From Psammoneis japonica (lineage: Eukaryota), in NCBI GenBank assembly GCA_008632985.1, contig QPGO01000067.1:62001-126000 (forward strand): a stretch of DNA of 64,000 bases, read 5' to 3'. A model generated the notes under the pieces. The model was not told where the DNA came from. It saw nothing but the letters and a program-made list of their open reading frames with translations, and searched no databases. A program made the position numbers and the translations under genes. Shown piece after piece: positions 47,412 to 58,757 of the stretch; position 1 is the stretch's first letter; every line of letters starts with the position of its first letter.

Positions 47412-48390
47412 TACAGTCTGCTCGCTCTAACATGTGCTTTTTAAGGTGGTGCGGGTACAAAAGTGGGCCAGATTCTACGCACGTAGAGCTTAGTATGTTT
47501 TCTACACAAATCGCCAAAGTCGGCTCGCCAACTTGAACCCTCTCCAGGACGATGGAAACTGGGACATTTCACATAACAAAGTGTTTTGACTACTTAATTA
47601 CACTCCCCTCGACTTGTTTATGAAGAGAAGTTACAAGTTTCCATGGGTTTCTCGTTTTGTATAGCTCTTTAAAACTCGAACGTCGCGATATATCCTCAGA
47701 AACCTATGAAAACTTGTAACTTCTCTCCCTAAACAAGTCGAGGAGAGTGTAATTAAGTAGTCGAAACACTTTGTTATGTGAAATGTCCAAGTTTCCATCG
47801 TCCTGGAGAGGGTTCAAGTTGGCGAGCCGACTTTGGCGATTTGTGTAGAAAACATACTAATCTCTACGTGCGTAGAATCTGGCCCACTTTTGTACCCGTA
47901 CCACCTTAACATATACCCTCTCTATAACGTATACTAAAAATCCGGCCTGACCCGTCGGACGAAGGTCAGACTTCCCTGTTAACAGACAGACCGACAGACC
48001 ATTTCGCGAATCCGTGATACGACTAGTTTGAGGCGATGAAACCATTAAGACTACACTTACAACAACTGTAAACACCCTTGTTGACCATTATTTAACTCTA
48101 AGAAGTGGTCCTGGGCTTCTTTGTACCTAACAGGACCAAAGAATTGATGAAGGCAGGTCATGAGTTTTTTCAAAAATTACAGTGGTGGCCGCGCGAACAT
48201 GGCCAAAGCGTCGTGAGTCGTGAGGGAGAAGCGCAAGATTTCAAACTACGTCAATCTTGGTACTGATTCTACGTAGGTGGTAAATATACGTACTTTTGTA
48301 CCAGGATGGAATAACATAATATACCCTCTCTATAACATATACTAAAAAACCGCATGTACCCCCAGTATATGTTAACGCGAGCAGACTGTA
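47412..48390. mobile_element. Non-autonomous DNA element with TIR tacagtctgctcgc
   Basis: tacagtctgctcgc at 47412 and gcgagcagactgta ending at 48390. Internal direct repeat atataccctctctataacrtatactaaaaa at 47911 and 48319. Confidence 0.7.
47441..47909. mobile_element. Foldback/MITE: near-perfect inverted arms of about 210 bp bounded by TTAA
   Basis: 47441-47652 is the reverse complement of 47698-47909 with few mismatches. The spacer is about 45 bp. Confidence 0.92.
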
Positions 48391-48552
48391 CTGTACTGTA
48401 ACGCTTTTCCTCGCCACTTTTTCAGTTCACCACGGGCCACGGGGAGAGCAGCTCACAATCTAGACGATCGCTCGCTTTTCACGCCGTTCCATTTTTTTAA
48501 AAGTACATACTTACTGTTGCCGCTGTCATAAAATCGCTCGTCATCTTTCATC

Positions 48553-49707
48553 ATGGCCGTCAAGCGACGCCGGCCTAAGAGTTTCTTCTCATCGGCGACA
48601 CCCTTTCTGGTTGCTGGTTGTTTAGCTGCTGGACTGCTTGTTGGGAGGTTGACTGCGGGCGGACTGAACGAATTTGCCACCACCTCCAACGCACTTCTCG
48701 ACGTCAATAGTAGCCACAATGCAGCTATACGAGGAGGGAAAGCGCCTGGTGAGCAGGAGGCTGTGAAAATGACGCACAGCCTTGATTCTTCTCCCTACAA
48801 GAGTCCCTTTCTTAAGACGTATCCAACTCAAGAGCTGGACCAACTCAACACAGAAGCGGCGGAGAACCAGCGAGCACAAGAAAGACATCTCACCACTACC
48901 AACTATCTTCACCAAGAATTGAGCAACGGCTTTCCTTATCTGAAACTAGTCTTGCGTACTATGACCGTGGAAAGCATTTTTGAGCAACCTCAAATACACG
49001 AACCCTTTCTATCGGAACAAGGTAATCGGGGCAATGGTGGGTGCGACCAAGGCTCGCCCAAGTGCATCTTGACGTGGGACGGCTGGGCCCGCGCCATGGC
49101 CACGGGCGATGTCTTGTACGACGCGATTCGCCGTCAAGTACCAGGGGACGTGGTCGAAGTGGGCGTTTTCAAAGGTGGCATGGCGGCCTATCTTCAGGCC
49201 TTGCTTATGGCCATGGGCGAAACGAGCCGACGCAAGGTGTGGTTGGTCGACTCCTTCAAGGGACTGCCGCCCACGTCTCTCATGGTTTCAGCCGCGGATG
49301 ATTCGGGAAGCGCCAACAACAATTCTACGGAGGCTCAGAAACCATGGGCTGGCCAGTTGAGCGTGGGTCTGCAAACAGTGCAGAATAATTTGGATCGCAT
49401 GGGATTGTTGGACCCTGGCAATGTGGGCTTTTTGGAAGGCTATGTGCAGCATTCCCTTCCCAACTGGAACGAATCGCAGGAAATTGCCGTCTTACGAATT
49501 GACGTGGACATTTATGCAGCCACGTACGACGCGCTTCACTATTTATATCCCCGTTTGAGTCGCGGGGGCGCCGTCCTCTTTGACGACTGGAAGTTTGAAT
49601 TCTCTCGAGAGGCGGTTATAAACTATCGAAAGAAGCATGGCATCACCACGCCCGTGCAGTTTCTCAATGGGACAGTGGATCCCATGGCCTACTGGATCAA
49701 ACAATGA
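48553..49707 (+). CDS. TylF/MycF/NovP-family O-methyltransferase (copy B)
   Basis: Intact 384-aa ORF with the same motifs as copy A and high sequence similarity to it. Confidence 0.9.
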   Translation: MAVKRRRPKSFFSSATPFLVAGCLAAGLLVGRLTAGGLNEFATTSNALLDVNSSHNAAIRGGKAPGEQEAVKMTHSLDSSPYKSPFLKTYPTQELDQLNTEAAENQRAQERHLTTTNYLHQELSNGFPYLKLVLRTMTVESIFEQPQIHEPFLSEQGNRGNGGCDQGSPKCILTWDGWARAMATGDVLYDAIRRQVPGDVVEVGVFKGGMAAYLQALLMAMGETSRRKVWLVDSFKGLPPTSLMVSAADDSGSANNNSTEAQKPWAGQLSVGLQTVQNNLDRMGLLDPGNVGFLEGYVQHSLPNWNESQEIAVLRIDVDIYAATYDALHYLYPRLSRGGAVLFDDWKFEFSREAVINYRKKHGITTPVQFLNGTVDPMAYWIKQ

Positions 49708-50218
49708 ACAACCTCGGATTCCATGAGAACCCTACTCCAATAAGTGGTATTTTAGTAACGACCATGACGTCGCTCCGACCTCATCGAGCACCCATCTACT
49801 CCTATTGTTCTGAGGCTATCTAGATGATAATGACTTGAACGTTGGACCCCTTCTTTTCTCATGCGGTTACCAAACGCGTTTCTAAACGTGCCAACGAGTA
49901 GTGGTGCAAATTGATTCATCATTGGATCGAGGTGTGCAAGACCAAACAATCGAAGGCGCAGGCTGTCGTCGTCTACATCAATTGGCTTAAGCTCCGGTGT
50001 TTGTACTTCTCGCCCTATACTCGGCTCTCATGCATCGAAATCACACAACCCAGGTAAGCATTGCCCACCAGCTTGCTCTTGCAACCCAAGCGGTTCTTGA
50101 ATCACAAGGTTCAGAAGAGTACCATAGAGAAAGAAGAGACAATCCCCGGCGGAGTCTTTACAGGAACAAGAGCTGATAGAACGCCAATCCATCGACAGTC
50201 CAGCTCCAGCAGAATGTT

Positions 50219-50420
50219 TCAACCTCCAACAATCACTCCCGTCGGCAGCATGTGTGTTTGAGGAAGGTGCCATCCAGCAATGACAATGTCGCCTTGGCAA
50301 TCGTCGAGACGATCCATGGGAGCATGTCCAAACCAGTAAAGAACTAGCCCAGAACCAAATCTGTGGACATAATTCTGTGCCTGGGGTAAGACAGTAGTTC
50401 GATGCGTGTGACATCTCCAA
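50219..50420 (-). pseudogene. CDIN1/C15orf41 (TPD domain)-like C-terminal fragment
   Basis: QAQNYVHRFGSGLVLYWFGHAP. No intact upstream part is visible. Confidence 0.55.
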
Positions 50421-50741
50421 ACAGATGAGTCGAAAATCGCGTTTGGGCACATGAGCCTTCTTATTGGCGGGCTGGATGGCTGGGCATTCGATTTCATCGC
50501 GGTCGAGGGAGGCGATAAGACTAGCAAGAGTATGTAGTCCAATTTCTGCTACAGTATGTAGAGATTGTTTCCAAATCCTAGGTCAGCTCAGGGACGCTCA
50601 ACCTTGTTGGGCGTTTAGCGGAACTTTTGTTGTGAACGCACGAACAACGTGCATTGGTTATCACTAAAAAGTTTGATCTCTATCTCTAGAGGGATCACTT
50701 GAACAATACAAGATACAACCATAAACCACTTATGGATAGAG

Positions 50742-52201
50742 TTACAACTCCGTTGTCTTGTTATTCTTCCCCCCTCCACAGACGCAGCACGCCTCGTTAG
50801 CTGTGTGACCGTTTACATCTGGTAGATGGCCCCATTCCACACACCAGTTCTCTCTTTCGTAGTCCTGTTGGAATAGCGAGAGCAGAAAGTTAACGTTTAT
50901 TTAGAACGAGAAGGTCGCAAAACGAGTCAGTAAATCAGTATGTTGCCAGCTAATGGTATCCAATAACTCACTTCACAGTTGTCCTTGGAGTCTGCCTCTT
51001 TCCAGCCATCAAAATTCTGACAGGTTTCCTCGTAAAGTGAAGGACAAGATTCGACGCCCATGTAATTAAGTGCATCTTTTGCCTTGAGCGCTTCGAGCCA
51101 ATCCGGGCTTCTTGCATGATTACACAAGCAAGGCTTCAAGCTTTCGATCTCCAGGAGTTGCTCTCGAGCCTCGGGTCCTCCTAACGCCAAATTCTTGATG
51201 AGACCCTCGGCAGCCCAAGGAATGATGGCTGGAGATTCTTCATCCCCTGCGCCTTCCGCGGACGTAACAACACCGCGCGACGGCCATGAATAAGAGCTAC
51301 CATTTTCTTTGTGAGAGTGATGTGGCAACTTGACGGGTCCCTCGCATACAAATTGGACAGCCTTGCGAAGCAGAGAAGTGTTAGCATACTTCAAAATCTC
51401 CTCCCGGACCTGTTGTCCATCAATCATGATTGGAGTTTTAGGATTGATCCGTAGAACTACTTCCTTGTCCTCTTGAGTCCATTCCCAGAAACAATATCCT
51501 TTCTTGGACGAGCAGTAGTTTGCAGCCAAGTTCTGTAGCGCTGCAGCACTCCACATGATGGGACGACTGCAAACGTTGCGATTGTCACACTCTGTGTCCA
51601 GCATCACCGATGCTAGGGTTGGAACTGCGCCGGCTTTTACGAAACCTCCGTGATTGACAACGCTAGCAAAGGTCAAAATCCAGATTGCTTCCGCAGCATT
51701 TCCAACGGCTGCCGCAGCAATCCTAGCTTCTTCAGTCTCCTGTTCCCCGAGACGCTGGGGAGCGATCTTGTCGAGGGCATCTTTTCCGGAGCGAATCAAA
51801 TCGATAAGACCCGAATGAATGCTTCTACCTCCATTTAGTACCGTCGTTCCAATTGCTTGTCGATTCTCTGGATTGTTGGTGGTGCACAAGGCCAACACCT
51901 CGGCTGCCTTTCCTCGTACCTTTAGAGCCGACTTTGTATCACTCACTGTCGCCACCAGCGACGGAATCGCCTTGGGACAGAGAAGCCTTTGTTGTTTGGC
52001 CGTCTTGCGGGAGGGAGAAGGGCGCACCAAGGCGTAATCGCCAGCCCGAAGATTCGAAGCTAGCATGTTGAGCTCATCCATGCCGATAAGGTTGTTGCTT
52101 TCCGATTCCTTCCAGGCCGACGCCGAAGCTCGGAGCCAAGTGACGGAACAGAAAAGAATCAACGCAGCGACTGTTTTCAACAAGACCATCTTTGAACGCA
52201 T
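50742..52201 (-). CDS. Secreted/ER armadillo-like protein, paralogue of 15226-16667, ending ACCVCGGG..TEL
   Basis: Signal peptide and the same motifs as the paralogue. Intron 50971-50865 is at the same position. Last exon reads DYERENWCVEWG..EACCVCGGGKNNKTTEL. Confidence 0.78.
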
Positions 52202-52804
52202 GGACTTTTGTCCGAGTTGAGAGCGATTTTGTATTCTTCTAGGAGGGTGTGAGCTGTGAAATGTCATCAAGATTGACATGCTGTGGGTGCAATCAACCGA
52301 GAGGGAAGGATACGGTAGGTCAAAACGCAGCCAGATGACATTCAACATGAAGTGGTGATTGGATGTTGTGCGTTCAACGGCAGCTCACTCGCCCAAAAAG
52401 TGAGCATGATTTCGCGGATTAATTTGTATGCAGAGACGAATGCTATTGATATCTTTCAGAGTTCGTATGATTCGGAGCTCGAACACCTGAGTTTCAAGAG
52501 AGAAAAAATTGCTGCTCTACATGCTCTACTAACCTCTATAACGGTACACTCTCGAGCTCTCTAGAGTAGGGCCCTCTCTACTAGCTAGCTAGAGAGAGAG
52601 TCTTTGTACTGGCGCTAGAGAAGACTGAGAGAGATATGGGCTATGATACTTCTAAGAAGCTGGAGAAGAACAGCTTCGTGAGAGCCTAGAGTTTACATGC
52701 GCTTGAGAAGAAGTTGCTCAATATTCCTCTGCTACATAACATTCTAACAAATTGCTATGGCTCTCGAACCGTATTCGTATCTCCAAGAATCAGTTTATGT
52801 CTCT

Positions 52805-53925
52805 TCAGTCAAAGAAGAACTCCTTGAACTTTAGACTTTCATAGCCTTGTTTATAGACCGTGACTGGAAGTCCCTTTGGACGACCAAACTTGTCGCAGTA
52901 TGTATCCGCGTGTCCCATGGCGGCGAGACGCTCCGACCTGTCGGCACCCTTTCCAATCCATAGGTAAATGTCCCAGCCGGCATCGAGCAAAAAGACATCA
53001 TTTTCATCCAACAAATCACGCTGAATGCGTGGCGTCGCCTTGGCCCAACCAATCTTGATGGGCTCTCCTTCTGCAATTTGAACGGGGCTGTCGGCTGCAT
53101 CTCCCGAAATCTTAAAGAGGGTGGGTGTAAATTCAGTCACTTCATCATCGCCTTCATCAGCTTCTTGAATCTCGCCGTCTCCCAAGACATTCCAAAAGTC
53201 TTCATCCGCGTCGTCTCCTTGATCCAACACAGTCACGGTTCCTTCGGTGGCCATGCCTTCGGCCAAGGTGTTGGCACGAGCACGCTCGTCGGGATTGGAG
53301 CTTGCTCCGTTCCACAACCAAACCTTTTCGGTTCCAACCGCCAGAATAAAGGAATCACCGGCATTGAGCGAAGTCTTGGATACGGGTAGTTGCGTCAGAC
53401 TCATGGCCTTGTCGGTACCCTTGACGCGGTACAAGTGCGGAACGTCCACGGTGGGCTCGACATGAGTAAAGCCCGATTCGACTCCGCCCTCAAGGTATGT
53501 GAGAGTTGGAAAATACGACTGAAACAGGGGAGACTCGTGACCCTCTACTTCTCGGTGCTGAATAGCAGCATCACCCAAGTAATCGTCCGCCTCAACCATT
53601 TTATACGCGGCGGTCCCGTACTCATCCTGACTGCTTTCCTTTCCAATCCAAATATGCACGTCGTGGAGAAGCTTGGGGTTGTCGTCTGATTCCGTGTACG
53701 AGTGGAGAACAACGTAGAATCACCCGTGTGAAACTTGCCATGCTGCTCTTCGGGCCACGGAACGACACAAAACTGTTCAATCCGCCACACCTTGAGACAG
53801 GCCTCCTCACCGAGTCCCTGCCACTGCTCTTCGTGTTCGGCGGCCGCTTGCTTGATTTTGTGATCGAGATCCGATCCTACCAAGGAGAGATTGGATTCTT
53901 GCCACGGTACGCGATCTTCAGACAT
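52805..53925 (-). CDS. Gelsolin/severin-like actin-severing protein (3 repeats)
   Basis: LKVWRIEQF..GKFHTGDS, HIWIGKESSQDEYGTAAYKMVE, QHREVEGHES, GGVESGF, SLNAGDSFIL. One-base frameshift near 53716. Confidence 0.9.
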
Positions 53926-54374
53926 GATTTGACGAGTTGATGAAATCAAAAGCCCTCTTTTCTTTCAATGTAGTCTAATGTGTTTGCAGCAGTCGCAATA
54001 CCGTTTCCTCGTCTGGATCTTTTCTTATTTCTTGCATCGCCGAAAGATCGTGCATGTGCGAGTCACGCGGGACTGTGTCGATGACTCAATCGATTACCTC
54101 GGTAGTTGCTACGTGTGCTGCAGTACAACGACGTGGCTTCAACTTGTATGTACAGTGTCTTCCATACGTGGGGAGTTCGTACGATTGCCGCGACTCTTTG
54201 GTTCGTGTTTGAAAACTTATTCGTATCTGAATACAAATAAATGAAAAAGGTATACTCAGCTTCGAAGGTTTTGATTTCCCATTTTATTCACGAAGGCCCG
54301 CGAAAACCGCGACGTTGAGATGAAAGGCGCATAATTCTAACTAACTACCGCTATTTTATATTCAGCACTGCACC

Positions 54375-56135
54375 ATGACATCACCACCGCCATCACCACC
54401 GCCGCCGATGTTTATCGGTAGTGGCCACTACCCGCTCAAGGACGTGGAGGAGCCTCATGCTCATGACGTTTTATGCGGAAGAGGCGGAGGCACGAATAAT
54501 CACATTGGGAACAATCACTGGAGAGCTCTGGTGGGTGCCAACAAGCAGCTCTACATGACGCTGCCCAAACGACAAAAGATGCTTTTATCGCGTTCCATCG
54601 TCAATGCCATTCGTTCTCAACAGCCGCCTGGGAGGTTTCTGATTAAAGACAAAACGACGAATCTATGGTATGACGTGGGAGATAATAAGGCTACAGAGAA
54701 AACGTCTCAAGCACTCCGTGAGAACAATACAAAGAAAAGTTCAAATACAGAACCACCATCCACGACAGAAACGAGTGCCTCTTCTGAAAGCAAGGAGGAA
54801 AATAACTCCCAGTCCCAATCGAAACCATCCGTTACTCCAAAGACAGCACTCGTTCCACCCTATCAACCATCAGGAGAAGCTAATAACGTTCCTCCGCCTG
54901 CACCCTTGTCTTCGCCAGGCATTATGAATTTTTCTCCCGGGCAATATATGGCTATGGAAATGTATGCGGGTATGATGCAAAGCCCAGGAGCCATGTCACC
55001 TGGAATGATGCAGCAATCGCCCTTTATGGGAATGCCACCCATACCTCAGCATGTACCGTCTCAGGCTCCGGGAGCGGCTTGTAGTGGTGGTAGCGGCAAA
55101 AAGACTGGAGGAAGAAAACGCTTGTCGCAAGAAGAAAAGACAAAGTTTGCAAAGGAAGCAGAAGAACAACAAGCAAAAGCAAAGCGAGGCTCAGAGACGC
55201 AGCAGCAGCAACAACAACATCAAAAACGTTACAACAATCCAAGCATGCCTCCGCCTCTACCACCGGGTGCACGAGTTGATTTTGAGACCATGGCGTCCAT
55301 GGTACAGCCACTAGAACCAACAGGCATTTCGTTTGGTTCCATCTCCATGACGAGTGTGGAACACAATCGACTCCAACCGACCGGAACGTCGTTTGGATCC
55401 GCGTCCATGACATCCGCAGGACGAGGAGTCGCTCCTGTGGATGGTGGCTTGGAACCGTCGGGACTGTCGCACGGATCGCAGTTTTCCATCAATTCTGCAG
55501 AACACAATTACATTCAAAATGTAATTTTGGAACCCACGCCGCTTCGTGAAGACAATAACGCTCCTCTCTCGTTTCAGACGCAGACGTTTCTGGAACAGCA
55601 GAAATCGCGTGGTAATCTCTTGGAGTGTTCCGACACGGAATCCGAAGATGAAGAGGACGATGCTCAGGACGCCATGGATAAGGAAGAGGAATGGAAAAAG
55701 ATGCAAGCCACTTTACAGCAGTTTCAAGGACAAAATGGCAGCAAGGCTTCCAAAATGGCGCCTCCTCCCAAGGCTACTGCCGGTGATGCCGACGGACCTG
55801 CCGAACCCGACTTTGCCAGGGATATTTCAGCCATGTCGGGTATTTCGCTCATGTCGCTGGAACCCTACACAACCAAGGGAAGCTTGGGGATGACCATTCC
55901 TCCCGAATTGAATCAAGAAGTGAGTGTGGCCTTTTCCGAAATGTCGCTTTCGCGCGATGTGAGTTTGGAAAATCCATTGGCTGCCGCGGAACAACGAGAA
56001 AAGCAACAGCAAGATGAAGTGCCAAAGGACGACGATGGTTTGACGGAAGAAGAGAAATTACAAAAGCTATTCTTGGCACGAGGGGGGAGTTTGGCGTTTG
56101 AACCATTTGGTAAAAGTGAACGGGGGTCAGCATGA
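54375..56135 (+). CDS. DUF6824-domain protein (family expanded in diatoms)
   Basis: DVLCGRGGGTNNHIGN..IVNAIR..GRFL..WYDVGDNKATEKTSQALRE, followed by a low-complexity tail. Confidence 0.82.
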   Translation: MTSPPPSPPPPMFIGSGHYPLKDVEEPHAHDVLCGRGGGTNNHIGNNHWRALVGANKQLYMTLPKRQKMLLSRSIVNAIRSQQPPGRFLIKDKTTNLWYDVGDNKATEKTSQALRENNTKKSSNTEPPSTTETSASSESKEENNSQSQSKPSVTPKTALVPPYQPSGEANNVPPPAPLSSPGIMNFSPGQYMAMEMYAGMMQSPGAMSPGMMQQSPFMGMPPIPQHVPSQAPGAACSGGSGKKTGGRKRLSQEEKTKFAKEAEEQQAKAKRGSETQQQQQQHQKRYNNPSMPPPLPPGARVDFETMASMVQPLEPTGISFGSISMTSVEHNRLQPTGTSFGSASMTSAGRGVAPVDGGLEPSGLSHGSQFSINSAEHNYIQNVILEPTPLREDNNAPLSFQTQTFLEQQKSRGNLLECSDTESEDEEDDAQDAMDKEEEWKKMQATLQQFQGQNGSKASKMAPPPKATAGDADGPAEPDFARDISAMSGISLMSLEPYTTKGSLGMTIPPELNQEVSVAFSEMSLSRDVSLENPLAAAEQREKQQQDEVPKDDDGLTEEEKLQKLFLARGGSLAFEPFGKSERGSA

Positions 56136-56446
56136 GAAGTACGCCATTTTCGTCATGGGAAGGGATTACGCGATATCTATGATTCAAACTGGGGACAGAG
56201 GGATTGATGTGTTTGGGAGCTGCCTTACTATTTTGTTTGGAGATTGGCCGGGACGGTTGTCGAGTTGATTTGTTACTTGTTGCACCGATCGAATTGACCC
56301 GAGTGTTCCTGGTTTTGAAACCATTCGATTGGCTGCTTGGCTGCGAGACACTACTACTAGATGTAATTCATATTGTTGGGGTGGTTTTGTTTTGCGTCTA
56401 GGTTGGCAAAGTAGTCTATGAATAGTAGGTGTAGCGGGTGATTCGT

Positions 56447-58147
56447 CTATTGAGGTACTTTGCAGACTGAAGGGTCGAGTTTGCTTGAAATTTCGCGGAA
56501 ATCTACCATGGACGTGTCTGTACTGAAACCAGGAATGTTTCTCGCAACCTTGCCGGGAATATCCGGTGTAATGCCTGCTCCCTGAATTTCATTTCCGTTC
56601 GGGGTCACGTACTTGGCTACTGTCAAGACGAGACCGGCGCCATTTTTTAATCCGTAAACGGCTTGGATCAGCCCCTTTCCGAATGATTTCTCACCCATGA
56701 CGAGGGCACGACAATTGTCATGAAGAGACCCAGCAAAGACTTCAGAAGCAGAGGCTGATCCCCCGTCAACCCAAATGGCAATTGGTTCGTCAGGCTCCAC
56801 CATGACGCGGCCGGTAGAAGTCTTGAATGGGAGTCCGATTTCATTACTATCAACAACTTTGGTTGCAACTCGATCTTCAAAGAACAAGCTGGACATTTCC
56901 ACCGCGCTCTGGAAAGCGCCTCCAGGATTGCCACGCAAATCCAACACAAAAGCGTTGGCTCCCTCGTTCTCAAGATTTGTAATCGCCTCTTCCACGGAGC
57001 CCTTGACGAGGGAATTGAACTCAAAAATTCGAATATACCCCACAACCGTGCCGTCGTCTCGTCTTTCACTAATCTTGTAGTAAACTGGATTCTTCACTTT
57101 CTGAAATATACGCTTCATGGTGATATCTCGGGTGTATCCCTCTCCGGGTACATCGTCGGGTTGTTGAGTTCGAACTGTGAACGTGATGGCTTCGGCGTTT
57201 GGATCATCGGATACCTGATCAATGATATCGAAAGCTGTTCGACCTTTTGTTTCCAAACCATTAATGGCAACCACATAATCGCCTTTTTTCAAACCTGCCT
57301 CGTCAGATGCGGACCCCGCAACCGGTGGTGCTCCGACAATGATTTCCTTTTTGTCATTGGGCATTAACGTCACTCCAACTCCAATCAAGTCATATTTCTG
57401 AATTCCAGCGTACTGATTTGCATCCAGTACTCGCGAGTATTTGTCCCCTAAACTCTTGACCATTTCTGCCACTAGCTTCATAGTATTGTCTTCGTTCTTG
57501 GGATTTTTTGCGACAAGTCTACTGTACTTTGCACGAACTGACTTCCAATCCTAGCACGTGACCACAGGACGAAAGATACACAGGTAAGGGATTTAGATAC
57601 TGTGACTGTGCAAAATTCAATGCACGAATCTTACCTGTGCGTTGAACGTTCTGTCAATGTAATACTTGTCAATGAGTGTCCAAGCTTCGTCCAAGATACC
57701 AGGTTCGTTCTGAAAGCTTGCGATTTTCTGGGCATCGACATCTGGAGGTGGTCCGCCGGGTGGGATGCTAGCTTGCAATATTTGCGCATTCGCAGGAGGA
57801 GGCAAAAAGGCGAAACCTGGTTTTGATGGGCTCGGAGAAAACGCAAGGATTCCTGCAACTAATGCAGCTGTGAATGCGGATTTGCAGGATCTCCATGGAT
57901 TGTCTATTTTGGTATCTTCAACGCTGTCGTCAGTGCGTGGAGAAGGAACGCTAGCAAAAAATACTCCGTGAACATGACTATCTGGAGCACAAATTTTTCT
58001 GAAGCAATTTGAATCAAATCTTTTCGACAATTTCGATGTTCGACATGACAAAAAAGCGGAGGTCGTGCCACCCAGAGAGATCAAAATGTGCAGTAAAACA
58101 AAATCTATTGATCGTAACCGACGAAAACATACCCCCGAGTTCCTCAT
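56447..58147 (-). CDS. ctpA: C-terminal processing peptidase (S41A, CtpA family), plastid lumen type, 2 exons
   Basis: PDZ domain plus VLDLRGNPGG, SASASEVFAGSLHDN, SFGKGLIQ and LTVAKYVTPNG. Intron 57634-57551. Confidence 0.88.
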
Positions 58148-58757
58148 TCTGTGATTGCTAGGCAACAGACAATTCTTGACTTTTGAACTCTTTCTTGTCT
58201 GCGTTGGAGTACTATCGGCTTGTCAAACTCAAGTTGTCGTTGCAAACAGTGGCAACAGGGGCGATGCGTCCTCCAGCTGTCAGCTGTCAGGTTGTTGGTC
58301 GTTTCTGCATTTTCGAAATTTTCGATTTTCCCGCCATCATCTTCTGACGTCACTAGTACGGGAGACTGACATACTTCTACTTCTACATACAAAAAATTAT
58401 CGATGACCCGCCCGATTTATTTTGAATTTTTTCCCGTTCAACCACACCACCACATCTGGAAGCAGACAACAACGACGACTATCCCTGTGTTCTGACCTAA
58501 TAAGATTTGCTTCATGTGATATCAAATCCTACTCGTTAGAGAGTTGCTGTGTTTGTTTGCGGTGTGTTCTAGCTAGAGGTGGTGCACCGACTTGCTGCCT
58601 TCTTGTTAGCCTTGAAAATTATTCTGTTTGCAGTTGCGAAGATGTTCTACAAAGTGTTTCAACACACGCTGCTGTGCATTGGTTTCCGGTATTTTCGTTT
58701 CTGCCTCAGCTGAAAGACTCTTTCGTTGCAACTTTCCCTTTCCACTCGTGACAACCG

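Larger units (their letters stand above)
47330..48497 (+). mobile_element. Largely unmutated solo LTR-like copy, split by a nested insertion
   Basis: 47330-47405 (ccaagctgacgtcagcaacgctca..gaaaac) and 48403-48497 (ttttcctcgccac..gacgatcgctcgcttttcacgcc) match the first and second halves of the LTR-like repeats. Confidence 0.65.

Noticed and set aside
2790..53720. Programmed frameshifting or pseudogenisation of the SnoaL-like (near 2799), C2 (near 4510) and gelsolin (near 53716) genes
   Set aside because: Each is repaired by adding one base, plausibly to a short run, and the genes are otherwise intact. Sequencing or consensus deletion errors are the simplest explanation, pending a read check.
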